In this document: positions 36,308 through 45,866 of the stretch, one piece after another
How positions within the stretch are numbered: the stretch's first letter is position 1
How the letters are laid out: every line of letters begins with the position of its first letter
Virus record (IMG/VR): IMGVR_UViG_3300046820_002180
Span: 31,821 to 95,820 of that record
Direction: 5' to 3' (one strand)
DNA: 64,000 nucleotides
Source of the DNA: a virus
Taxonomy: Duplodnaviria > Heunggongvirae > Uroviricota > Caudoviricetes
Translations under genes and position numbers: made by a program
Notes under the pieces: model-generated
Told to the model about the DNA's origin: nothing
Database searches by the model: none
The model's input: only the letters and a program-made list of their open reading frames with translations

Positions 36308-36682
36308 ATGGCACATTTTGCACAAATAGACGAAAATAATATTGTACAACAAATATTAGTTGTTCCCGACGACCAACAACACAGAGGTAATAATTACCTA
36401 TCAATAGATTTAGGATTGGGAGGTGAATGGATTCAAACATCCTATAATGGCAATATTAGAAAAATGTTTGCAGGTTTGGGATACTCCTATAACAGAGAAC
36501 TTGACATTTTTTTACCGCCTAAACCATTCAATTCTTGGGTTTTAAATGAGACATTAGGACAATGGGACCCACCTGTTGAACGACCTGAAGTTGAAGAAGG
36601 TATGGTTGCAATTTGGAATGAAGAATCATTAGGTTGGAATATCGAAGAATTACCAAAAATAGAAGGTTATGACAACAATTAG
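36308..36682 (+). CDS. Conserved small phage protein following Gly-rich tail proteins (possible fibre assembly factor)
   Basis: MAHFAQIDENN...WIQTSYNGNIRKMFAGLGYSY...PPKPFNSWVLNE...W; ATG 36308 preferred to the track start 36155. Confidence 0.7.
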   Translation: MAHFAQIDENNIVQQILVVPDDQQHRGNNYLSIDLGLGGEWIQTSYNGNIRKMFAGLGYSYNRELDIFLPPKPFNSWVLNETLGQWDPPVERPEVEEGMVAIWNEESLGWNIEELPKIEGYDNN

Positions 36683-36815
36683 TGATATAGAAATTTACAT
36701 AGAAAACACTTGCTGGTATGTAAAATACATACAGGATGGTGAAACAATTGTGAGTAATCCATTTATGGAAGAACAACACGCAATTAATTATAGTAATAAT
36801 TTAAAAAAGATTTAA
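36669..36815 (+). CDS. 48-aa hypothetical protein (not in ORF track)
   Basis: MTTISDIEIYIENTCWYVKYIQDGETIVSNPFMEEQHAINYSNNLKKI*. Confidence 0.5.
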   Translation: MTTISDIEIYIENTCWYVKYIQDGETIVSNPFMEEQHAINYSNNLKKI

Positions 36816-36852
36816 ACTCCACAATCTTAAGATTTTTATTTAAATTTTACCT

Positions 36853-37596
36853 ATGAATAACATAGGTTTTGGAATTTTTTGTTTTGGTGAAGAGTACTAT
36901 TTTAATGGTACATTTGATAAAATACGAAATATACTTAATGAGGGGTATCATTGTTACATCTTAACAGATATCCCTGAAAAATTTACAACAAAATATTCAT
37001 CATCACTTTTACATATAATCCAATACGATAGAACATTTAAATCGTACGCGGATAAGATGATATTACCAAAATATATTTTAGATAAACACAACATTTCAAT
37101 ACTACTTGACGCCGATACACACGTTACAGATTTTTCATTTTTGAAAGATTTAAAAACGTATGAATTTAACGACGGCATTAGTTATATTGACACATTGTTA
37201 AACCATAAATCAAAGAGAAAATACATTAAAGAATTAATTAGTATTGATAGAGATGAGTGGAACAAGTATTATGGTTACGCAAATAAAATATGTCCTAATT
37301 TCACAGAGTATGAAACGATTTGGGAATATTTTTTAATTATAAATAAGAATGGATTTAACCAAGAAAGATTTTACCATTATTATGAAAAATTACAAATAGC
37401 AAAAGAATTTTGTGACATCGGTTTAAATAAAGAAGTCAATGGTGCGGGTGAAGGTATATCAGTAAGAATTAGTGCTAAACTATCTGAAACTAAAATCGAG
37501 CAAGATTTAACATTGTATGAAATGTTAAAAGATAAAATGATAAGTGTTAGTAAAAGATATACACCAAAACCACTTTGGCCTGATTGGATGAAATGA
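36853..37596 (+). CDS. Putative GT-A fold glycosyltransferase-like protein (paralogue of 60784-61410)
   Basis: GEEYY, ILTD, SYADK, DxD-type LLDAD, GAGEG. Confidence 0.45.
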   Translation: MNNIGFGIFCFGEEYYFNGTFDKIRNILNEGYHCYILTDIPEKFTTKYSSSLLHIIQYDRTFKSYADKMILPKYILDKHNISILLDADTHVTDFSFLKDLKTYEFNDGISYIDTLLNHKSKRKYIKELISIDRDEWNKYYGYANKICPNFTEYETIWEYFLIINKNGFNQERFYHYYEKLQIAKEFCDIGLNKEVNGAGEGISVRISAKLSETKIEQDLTLYEMLKDKMISVSKRYTPKPLWPDWMK

Positions 37597-38324
37597 TAAG
37601 TAACAACGACTATATTAAAAAATTCATTACCAACAATGACGATACACCAGTTCCATATCGATGGACACACGGTGCAACTGATTTACATATAGGAGATGGA
37701 ATTCTTGTTTACTCAATCATCCAACATATGAGAGCCAAGAATTGTGTCTGTATTGGTTCGGGAGGTGGATTTATTCCACGTATTATGACACAAGCAAGAA
37801 TTGATTTACATAAACAAAATATATTTGAAGGAAATGGAGACTATAATTGGGGTGACATTGGTGTTACTTACGTTGTCGATGCTTGTAATGGTGTTGGCGG
37901 GCCTAACGATTTGGATAATGAAGAGTCATTCTATCGTAAGAATTTTTATCCGAGATTTATTAAATCGACTTCTTTCGACGCGTATTATGATTTTTTTGTT
38001 AGACAGGATATTAAAATAGACGTTCTCTTCATTGATGGTGACCATTCATATGAAGGTGTTAAACAAGACTTTGAACTTTATTCACAAATATTATCTGATA
38101 ATGGTATAATCTTTATACACGACACAGACAGCAGTTACGAAGAAACTTTAATCGTTTCTGAAGATTCTAAAAAAGACCATTATCGATTCGATGGTCCGGC
38201 AAAATTCATTAAAGAACTACAAGAAAATCCCGAGTGGAACTTGATTAATCTTTTTAATTTTCGTATATTATCAACAAAACCATCCTCTAGTGGGATAACG
38301 TTGATAAATCGAAAAAATGATTAG
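37593..38324 (+). CDS. Class I SAM-dependent methyltransferase (Methyltransf_24-like)
   Basis: VCIGSGGG, IDVLFIDGDHSYEGVKQDF, GIIFIHD. ATG 37593 preferred to TTG 37584. Confidence 0.85.
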   Translation: MISNNDYIKKFITNNDDTPVPYRWTHGATDLHIGDGILVYSIIQHMRAKNCVCIGSGGGFIPRIMTQARIDLHKQNIFEGNGDYNWGDIGVTYVVDACNGVGGPNDLDNEESFYRKNFYPRFIKSTSFDAYYDFFVRQDIKIDVLFIDGDHSYEGVKQDFELYSQILSDNGIIFIHDTDSSYEETLIVSEDSKKDHYRFDGPAKFIKELQENPEWNLINLFNFRILSTKPSSSGITLINRKND

Positions 38325-39174
38325 ATTACTAACAGTTATAGGTCACGGGACAAATCTCATTGTGCATCACATCAAACATTATTCTAAGTATGTTGATGAG
38401 ATAAACTATATTGTATACAATACAGACGAAAGACCAAAACTACACGAAGAAGTACAAGACATTATCAAAGGTTATGACAATGTTAAAATTGTTAAAACAC
38501 AATATGATAGAATATTTGATTGGGAAAGAGTTACACAACTTTACAATTTTGTCAAATCAAAAAAACCGAATGATTGGTGGGTGATTGCAGATATTGATGA
38601 ATTTCATTTATATCCTGAAGATACTTTAAATTTACTAATATCTGATTGTGATAGAAATAATTGGGATATTGTTAGAGGTGGGTTTATTGATAGGATAGGG
38701 AGAGGAGGTGATTTTGTAGAATTAAAATCAAACGAAAGTATTTGGGAACAGTTCCCAAACGCAGGATTTTTTAGATATCCAATGAGTAATGCTTGTCCTA
38801 ATAAAATATGTGTTGTGAAAGGTTATGTTGAAATAACAAGTGGCCAACATTATGCTAAAATAAATGGTCAAACAACTTGGAGATGGCAAGGATGGAACCA
38901 CCCATTAATTGCACCAATTGAAACACATTCAGTCCAAGTCCATCATTTTAAATGGGACTCATCATCAATAAAAAGAATTAAAAGTGTTGCTGATTTAAAA
39001 CAAGATTATTCATATTCAACTGAGTATGAATTAATGTATAATGAATTGAAAAAAACCAAATTCAAAATAAACGTAACTAAGGAGGAATTTCATTTTGAAT
39101 TAGGAATGATTCAACCCGAATATCAAGGATACCGTAATTGGAATAAATTAATAAAACAAATAATATCAATATGA
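38317..39174 (+). CDS. GT2-like glycosyltransferase (Glyco_tranf_2_4 / GT92-like)
   Basis: WWVIADIDEF (DxDE) and VHHFKW. Confidence 0.65.
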   Translation: MIRLLTVIGHGTNLIVHHIKHYSKYVDEINYIVYNTDERPKLHEEVQDIIKGYDNVKIVKTQYDRIFDWERVTQLYNFVKSKKPNDWWVIADIDEFHLYPEDTLNLLISDCDRNNWDIVRGGFIDRIGRGGDFVELKSNESIWEQFPNAGFFRYPMSNACPNKICVVKGYVEITSGQHYAKINGQTTWRWQGWNHPLIAPIETHSVQVHHFKWDSSSIKRIKSVADLKQDYSYSTEYELMYNELKKTKFKINVTKEEFHFELGMIQPEYQGYRNWNKLIKQIISI

Positions 39175-39383
39175 GCGAAACAACAAAAAAAGACAACCAA
39201 CAAGAAATGTTGGACCTTGAAAAAAAGAAAGTTAAAGCACTTGAAAAAATTGCAAACTCACTTGACGCATTAACCATTTGGTTTGAAGAAGTGGATAAAG
39301 AAGAATGGAGTAATAGAATTCAATATTACTTAACTGAATTCCATAATAAGTTTGTTAAGTCTAACGATGTCGAAAAAAAGTAA
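39171..39383 (+). CDS. Small hypothetical protein
   Basis: 70-aa helical ORF in an operon. Confidence 0.55.
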   Translation: MSETTKKDNQQEMLDLEKKKVKALEKIANSLDALTIWFEEVDKEEWSNRIQYYLTEFHNKFVKSNDVEKK

Positions 39384-40791
39384 AAAACTTGGTATAATAG
39401 TTCCGTATAGAAACAGACCGGAACAACTTGAATTATTCAAAAAGAGAATAACGAAATATCTTAATAGACATTCAATTCCTTTTGAATTAATCATCGTTAA
39501 TCAAGACGATGCGAAGTTGTTTAATAGAGGTATGCTTTTAAACATCGGATTCAAATATGCTGAGGAACTTGATTGTGATTATGTGGTATTTCACGATATA
39601 GATATGATACCACTTCACGTCGACTATTCGTATTCCGATTTTCCTGTCCATTTAGCGACAGGATTTAAAGAAAATAAAGACGAAAAACCAAGAGATATTT
39701 TTGATGAATATTTCGGAGGAGTTACATTATTCCCAATGAAAGATTTCAAGAAAATTAATGGTTATTCAAACAAGTATTGGGGTTGGGGATATGAGGATGA
39801 TGACTTAAGACTTCGTTGTATTAAGAAAGAAATTGACCTTGACGAGTTAGTAATTAAGAATGTCGGTATTGATGGACAAAAACTAAAATTCAATGGAGTT
39901 GATGCATACGTTGAATGTCCTAACTTAATTAACACAAATCAAATACTAACGATTTTCGTTTCATTCTTCCCCGATGAATTAACGTGTAATCACGAAAAAG
40001 AAACCGATGATTATACTATATTCTCGATACCTGGTTACGACTTCTCAATTTCTTACAATTCGTTCTCAAGATATAATGTTTGTTTCTTTGATAAAGACAA
40101 ACAAGCGTTATATGTTAACTCAAATATTAAACCGAATTATCAAACCAATATTTGTGTAACGATTGACCCAACAGAACGAATTATTAATGTTTATCAAGAC
40201 GGAGAATATATTGGTTCACCTGACACCTTTGGTAAGTTACACCCATACGCAAAAGAAAAACATTTTTACATAGGTGCTGCGAACCCAAAAAGAGAAGAGA
40301 AACAAAATTTTTTTAAAGGTTACTTCGACAAATTCGTTGTCTTTAATGACATACTAACTGAAGAAGAAATCTATAGAATTTCAAACCATCATAATGAAGG
40401 AATTATGAAAGATTTTGGAAAAAATAATAATATGGTGCTTTATTATAATTCTAAATTTATTGACGGATACAGATTGGCAGATTTGACTGGTTCACAAAAC
40501 TATGGTATGATAAGTAATTGTGAGATAGTTGACTTGGAATTGAATAAATCAAGAAAAGTAAAAGTACCACACAGAAAAGAATCGACATTTATTTCTTTAC
40601 CACACGAAGAGAATGGATTCTATCAAAATAAATGGAAACACCAAGCAACAAGGTGGAACCAATTAAGATTCTATAACGAAGTTTCAAAAAATGATGAACT
40701 ACTCGAAAACGACGGTTTATCGGATTTAGATTTTATTCTTTATGGAAAAATAGTAGAAAATAATATAACACACATTAACGTTGGAATATGA
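39367..40791 (+). CDS. GT7 (beta-1,4-galactosyltransferase-like) glycosyltransferase with inserted LamG-like domain
   Basis: PYRNR, FNRGMLLNIGF, FHDIDM, YFGGV, NGYSNKYWGWGYEDDDL, then LamG strands, then SLPH...NQLRF...DGL. ATG 39367 preferred. Confidence 0.8.
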   Translation: MSKKSKKLGIIVPYRNRPEQLELFKKRITKYLNRHSIPFELIIVNQDDAKLFNRGMLLNIGFKYAEELDCDYVVFHDIDMIPLHVDYSYSDFPVHLATGFKENKDEKPRDIFDEYFGGVTLFPMKDFKKINGYSNKYWGWGYEDDDLRLRCIKKEIDLDELVIKNVGIDGQKLKFNGVDAYVECPNLINTNQILTIFVSFFPDELTCNHEKETDDYTIFSIPGYDFSISYNSFSRYNVCFFDKDKQALYVNSNIKPNYQTNICVTIDPTERIINVYQDGEYIGSPDTFGKLHPYAKEKHFYIGAANPKREEKQNFFKGYFDKFVVFNDILTEEEIYRISNHHNEGIMKDFGKNNNMVLYYNSKFIDGYRLADLTGSQNYGMISNCEIVDLELNKSRKVKVPHRKESTFISLPHEENGFYQNKWKHQATRWNQLRFYNEVSKNDELLENDGLSDLDFILYGKIVENNITHINVGI

Positions 40792-42233
40792 GTCACAAAT
40801 TAGGAATTTGTATCCCTTATCGAAATAGAAAGGAACACATTGAAAGATTAATCCCTCACTTATCAAAGTATCTAACAAGTCAAAATATTGACCACAAATT
40901 TTATGTCGGTCATCAGGTTGATGATAAACTTTTTAATAGAGGTGCAATGAAAAACATTGCCGCTCATTACGCGTTCAATGATGGATGTGATTACATTGCT
41001 TGGCACGATGTGGATATGTTGGTATATGATAAAGACGGTGTGTTCGCGGACTATTCATATCCTGAAGACAATCCGATGCACATTGCAACTAAGTTATCCA
41101 AATACAATTATGGATTGGGATATGACCAATACTTTGGTGGTGTTGTGTTATTCACGAAAGAACAAGCATATCAAACCAATGGTTACTCAAATGATTATTG
41201 GGATTGGGGACAAGAAGATGATGACTTATTTTGGAGATGTTATTTTGAAGGTTTAACCACTGGTAAAATCATTCAAAAATATGAAAGTAAAAAGTATGCT
41301 AAATTTAACGGAAAAACATCTGCGGTTGAAATACCAACAAGTAGAGAAATAAGTTCTTGTTTTACATCAGACCACACCATTTCAATATTGTTTAATGCCG
41401 AACAACAACAAGATGTGGTTCCTATTTGGTTAGTTGGTGACCAACAAAATAGATTCTTAGAATACCCAATATTAAGAAAAGAAGGTATGTGGACTTGGGG
41501 TGTTTCATTTAACAATTCAAGAGCAGTATCGATGGTTGTCTTCGATAGAAATAGCCAACATCATTATTTTTGGGCGAAACGATTTGAGAACTTATGGACT
41601 TGGGTAACAATTTCTTACTCACAAGAGGAAAATAAATTGTACCTTTATATTAATGATGAATTGGAGAGAAACGTTAGAGGTATTAGAGAAAAATTACCTT
41701 TTGATGCAAAATATGAAATTGCCAGAATGGATGCGGTAAAACCATTTGTTTTAGGTAATTGTCCTCACCAAAGAACATACTATAAAGGTAAAATCGGTGA
41801 AGTGAAAATTTTTAAAAAGTGTTTCAAACCAAATGAAATCAATCAAGTGTTTACAACCACAGAAGATGAAGATTTGGTTTTACATTATGACTTCGAAGAT
41901 GGGTTCACTAACAAGGTAAATGGTTCAATGGCAGTTGTTAAAGATTCAACGATTGGTGAAGAAGATATTGAAATTGTTAAAAACGTTTTACCATTTAGAA
42001 AAGAAGGTCAATTCTATTGTTTACCACACATCGATGAAGGTTTTGTGAATGGTAAATGGGCTAAAGGTGAAACTACCGCAAGAAATGAAAAACGATTTGT
42101 TACCGAAATGCAACAAAAGAAAATAAATTACAAAGACGAGGGTCTTAACAAAATAACCGAGGTAACTGAGATTGTTAATTTAGATGAGACGTTGTATCCT
42201 AAAACGATGTTCATCAATACAAAAATGAAATGA
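40788..42233 (+). CDS. GT7 glycosyltransferase with inserted LamG-like domain (paralogue)
   Basis: PYRNR, FNRGAMKNI, WHDVDM, YFGGV, NGYSNDYWDWGQEDDDL, LamG (YINDE, YKGKIGEVKIF, LVLHYDF), then CLPH...NEKRF. Confidence 0.8.
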   Translation: MSHKLGICIPYRNRKEHIERLIPHLSKYLTSQNIDHKFYVGHQVDDKLFNRGAMKNIAAHYAFNDGCDYIAWHDVDMLVYDKDGVFADYSYPEDNPMHIATKLSKYNYGLGYDQYFGGVVLFTKEQAYQTNGYSNDYWDWGQEDDDLFWRCYFEGLTTGKIIQKYESKKYAKFNGKTSAVEIPTSREISSCFTSDHTISILFNAEQQQDVVPIWLVGDQQNRFLEYPILRKEGMWTWGVSFNNSRAVSMVVFDRNSQHHYFWAKRFENLWTWVTISYSQEENKLYLYINDELERNVRGIREKLPFDAKYEIARMDAVKPFVLGNCPHQRTYYKGKIGEVKIFKKCFKPNEINQVFTTTEDEDLVLHYDFEDGFTNKVNGSMAVVKDSTIGEEDIEIVKNVLPFRKEGQFYCLPHIDEGFVNGKWAKGETTARNEKRFVTEMQQKKINYKDEGLNKITEVTEIVNLDETLYPKTMFINTKMK

Positions 42234-43648
42234 TAGATTTTAACATAACAAAAGATAAGTTAAATGGTGTTGGTTGTGGTTTCTGTTTGGCAAAATGGAC
42301 ACAAGTGACAATGCATTTACACAATGGTACAACTCACTCTTGTCACCACCCTTCTCCACACAAAGTACCTTTAGAGGAGATTGAAAGAAACTACACGGCA
42401 TTACATAATAGTAATGTTAAAAAGTATGCAAGGAAGGAAATGTTAAACGGTCAACGACCAAAGGAGTGTGGATATTGTTGGAATGTTGAAGATAATTCTA
42501 ATTCATTTTCAGATAGAATTTTTAAAAGTGCTGAACCTTGGTCAGAACCATATTTTGATGAAATATCAAAGTCACATTGGAGAGCAGATTTTAATCCAAA
42601 GTATGTTGAGGTAAACTTTTCAAACACTTGTAATTTCAAATGTGCCTATTGTGGTCCCGAATATTCAACCAAATGGATGGAGGAGATTAATCAGTTTGGA
42701 GGATATAAACTATCAACCGAATACAATAGTACTCATCAAATGGATGAGAATAAAACAAGACCGTATAAACAAACCGAACACAACCCTTATGTTGCAGCAT
42801 TTTGGGAATGGTGGCCTGAATTATACACCACATTAGATACGTTTAGAATTACTGGTGGAGAACCCCTATTATCAAAAGATACTTGGAGAGTATTAGAAAA
42901 TATCATTGAAACGGAAGAACCCAACCGACAATTAAAACTATCAATCAATAGTAATCTTGGAGTTAACGATGAATTGATTGATAAATTAATTGTAAAATTA
43001 GAAAAGATTATTAGTGAAGAAAGAGTAAAAGAAGTTATCATATTCACGTCTTGCGATGCTTATGGTAAACAAGCAGAATATGTTAGATACGGATTAGAAT
43101 TCGACAGACTATTCAGTAACATTGATAAAATTCTAACAGTACTCCCTAAAGTAACTGTCGTCATAATGTCGACGTTTAACATATTCAGTATCTTCTCATA
43201 TGAGTCTTTAATTAAAAAAGTCTATGATTTAAAACTTAAACATTTTAACACTGAACGATATTGGAATTCAGCACTCATATTAGACACATCGTATCTAAGA
43301 TATCCTGACTTTTTAGGGTTCAGAGTATTGAAAGATTATTTGGATGTAGAATACTTTAATCGATGTGAGAAGTTTATGAAATTCTATTCAACATATAGGA
43401 GTTTAAATTTCTATGAACAACAATCAATCGAAGATGTTGGATTCTCAACCAAGGAGATTGAAAAAATAACAAGAATAAAAGAAATATTCATAACAGACTC
43501 CAATTCTGATATCTCATTCGAAAAAGAGAAAAAAGATTTTGTTAAGTTTATTGACGAATATAAAATAAGAAGAGGGATGGATTGCGAAGAATACTATCCT
43601 GAATTAACTCAATTTATAAAAAACATCAGAGATGAGAATAAAGTATAA
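42230..43648 (+). CDS. Radical SAM protein with N-terminal twitch-like domain
   Basis: CLAKW...HSCHH...ECGYCW, then CNFKCAYC and GGEP. Confidence 0.88.
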   Translation: MIDFNITKDKLNGVGCGFCLAKWTQVTMHLHNGTTHSCHHPSPHKVPLEEIERNYTALHNSNVKKYARKEMLNGQRPKECGYCWNVEDNSNSFSDRIFKSAEPWSEPYFDEISKSHWRADFNPKYVEVNFSNTCNFKCAYCGPEYSTKWMEEINQFGGYKLSTEYNSTHQMDENKTRPYKQTEHNPYVAAFWEWWPELYTTLDTFRITGGEPLLSKDTWRVLENIIETEEPNRQLKLSINSNLGVNDELIDKLIVKLEKIISEERVKEVIIFTSCDAYGKQAEYVRYGLEFDRLFSNIDKILTVLPKVTVVIMSTFNIFSIFSYESLIKKVYDLKLKHFNTERYWNSALILDTSYLRYPDFLGFRVLKDYLDVEYFNRCEKFMKFYSTYRSLNFYEQQSIEDVGFSTKEIEKITRIKEIFITDSNSDISFEKEKKDFVKFIDEYKIRRGMDCEEYYPELTQFIKNIRDENKV

Positions 43649-44375
43649 AGAACCTTATTGGGTAATGTATAAGTGGGATTTAGATACTCACCACGATAAT
43701 CAATATGTAACTCAATTCAACAAAACTGACATCGAGGAAATAAAAACTTTTCTCTATGAGGATTCGTACATAATTACCGCAGAAATTAGATTATTAGACC
43801 TTTATAGAAGAGACCCCATTTGTACTTTATTTGGTAAACCCGGTAAAAACATAGGTGTAACTTATAATAATGAAAGTAAAATTCTTGCATTTGAATTTTG
43901 GACAAAGGGTGATGATGATACTTGGGATGATTTTAATTTTGTATCATTCAACGGATTAAATCATACCGACTTAAACAGACCGGTTAAAATCTCAATCGCA
44001 AGACAAGGAAACACATTTACTTTATATGTTAATTTCGAAGTATCAAATAAAATTAAATTTAAGAATAATTTAATCGACGACTACCAACATAGTGGTTTAT
44101 TCTTAGGATGTGCAAACCCTGGTTCACCTGTAGAAGAACATAGACATCACGGAGAATATGACATATATCATTTTTCAATTGTAAGAGGAACTTCAGACAT
44201 TAAAGTGGCGAAATCAATTTATGAAACTCAAGGAGAGAAACTAATATCTAATCCAAATTACAAAGACATTCTTTGTTTGTACAACTTTAATACTATTAAT
44301 AACATCGGAATTATTTTCGATGAATCTAAAAATAATAATTTCTTGGAAAAAGTACCTGAAAAATTCGTTTTATAA
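43632..44375 (+). CDS. Stand-alone LamG-like domain protein
   Basis: FTLYVN, LFLGCANP, CLYNF...DESKNNN; similar to the GT7 inserts. Confidence 0.55.
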   Translation: MRIKYKEPYWVMYKWDLDTHHDNQYVTQFNKTDIEEIKTFLYEDSYIITAEIRLLDLYRRDPICTLFGKPGKNIGVTYNNESKILAFEFWTKGDDDTWDDFNFVSFNGLNHTDLNRPVKISIARQGNTFTLYVNFEVSNKIKFKNNLIDDYQHSGLFLGCANPGSPVEEHRHHGEYDIYHFSIVRGTSDIKVAKSIYETQGEKLISNPNYKDILCLYNFNTINNIGIIFDESKNNNFLEKVPEKFVL

Positions 44376-44411
44376 GATTTTTTCCGTATATTATAATTAA
44401 AAACCAAAAAT

Positions 44412-45866
44412 ATGTCCGACGAACTAAGAGAATGGAGGAATAAAAATCTAAACTGTATTAGTAAAAGTTTTTGTGCTGCTAAGTGGTACAACGCTAGTTT
44501 ACATTTAGGACACGGATACACAAATTCCTGTCACCTTCCTTTACCACACCCAATTGATTTAGAAGAGATTAAAACAAATCCTTCAGCACTACATAATACT
44601 CGACACAAGAAGATTGCAAGACGAATGATGTTAACAGGTATTAGACCTGCTGAATGTTCATATTGTTGGAAGATTGAAGATATTGGTCGTGATAACATTT
44701 CTGATAGAGTTTATAAGAGTTTAATTTACACCGAAGAAGAAATTGCAGCACTTAAGGATGTTCCTTGGGAAGAAGATATATTATTAAAAACTGTTGAGGT
44801 TAGTTTTGACCGTACTTGTAATTTTGCTTGTAGTTACTGTAACTCAGGTTATAGTACAACTTGGGCAAAAGACATCAAAGATAACGGAGCATATCAAAAA
44901 TTCAAGACGAGTAGTGCAGGTGCGTATTATGCCGATGGTTCTTGGTCTGAAAAATTTGGTAAACACAATGAAAACAATCCATACGTACAAGCATTTTTAG
45001 AATGGTGGCCTGAATTATCTAAAACACTACAAGAGATTAGAGTTACTGGTGGTGAACCATCACAAAGTCGTAACTTTTGGAATTTCATTGAAGTAATGAA
45101 ACAATACCCATCAGAAAACTTAAGACTTGCGGTTAACTCAAATCTTGGATTAAATGAAGCAACATTGTTTAAGTTAATTAGTATCTCTCACGAATTACCA
45201 ATTAAAGAATTTGATTTGTACACAAGTAATGAATCATTTGGTGTTCACGCTGACTACATCAGAGACGGTTTAAAATATGACATTTGGAGAGCTAATATGG
45301 TTAAGTTCATTGAGAATGCTAAGTTCCGTTCATTAACCATTATGATGACAATTAATAGTCTTTGTTTGTTCAGTATAACTGAATTCTTAGATGATATGAT
45401 AGTATTAAAAGAGAAGTACGGACCAAATAGACCAAACGTTGATTTCAATATCCTAAGATGGCCATCATTTATGTCACCATTATCATTACCTGATAATATC
45501 AAATCTAAGTTACATCTTAAGTTAAAGAATTGGTACACTGAACATAAAGAGAGTCCTTTATTTAGTATTCACGAGAAGGCACAAATCGAAAGATTGATTG
45601 ACTATATCGAAGTTGTTGAAAGAGGTCATAATCAAACAGAATTGGATAAAGACAAACAATGGCACGACTTCAAGAGTTTCTACGAACAATATGATGTTAG
45701 AAGAAATAAAGATTTCAGAGCAACGTTCAATGACCCTGAACTAATCGAATGGTACGATTCAATCAAAGTCGATTATTCAATACCTAATGTTCAAGTTACG
45801 GATGGTGCAATAACACACTTCGAACCTGGTGAGTACGTTTCAGATGTTAAACCCAATATTATTTAA
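44412..45866 (+). CDS. Radical SAM protein with N-terminal twitch-like domain (paralogue)
   Basis: CAAKW...NSCHLP...ECSYCW, then CNFACSYC and GGEP. Confidence 0.88.
   Translation: MSDELREWRNKNLNCISKSFCAAKWYNASLHLGHGYTNSCHLPLPHPIDLEEIKTNPSALHNTRHKKIARRMMLTGIRPAECSYCWKIEDIGRDNISDRVYKSLIYTEEEIAALKDVPWEEDILLKTVEVSFDRTCNFACSYCNSGYSTTWAKDIKDNGAYQKFKTSSAGAYYADGSWSEKFGKHNENNPYVQAFLEWWPELSKTLQEIRVTGGEPSQSRNFWNFIEVMKQYPSENLRLAVNSNLGLNEATLFKLISISHELPIKEFDLYTSNESFGVHADYIRDGLKYDIWRANMVKFIENAKFRSLTIMMTINSLCLFSITEFLDDMIVLKEKYGPNRPNVDFNILRWPSFMSPLSLPDNIKSKLHLKLKNWYTEHKESPLFSIHEKAQIERLIDYIEVVERGHNQTELDKDKQWHDFKSFYEQYDVRRNKDFRATFNDPELIEWYDSIKVDYSIPNVQVTDGAITHFEPGEYVSDVKPNII

Noticed and set aside
39372-39383. 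A AAA AAG heptamer just before the stop of ORF 39171
   Set aside because: The -1 frame is not the frame of the downstream GT7 gene (that is +1), so no meaningful fusion results.
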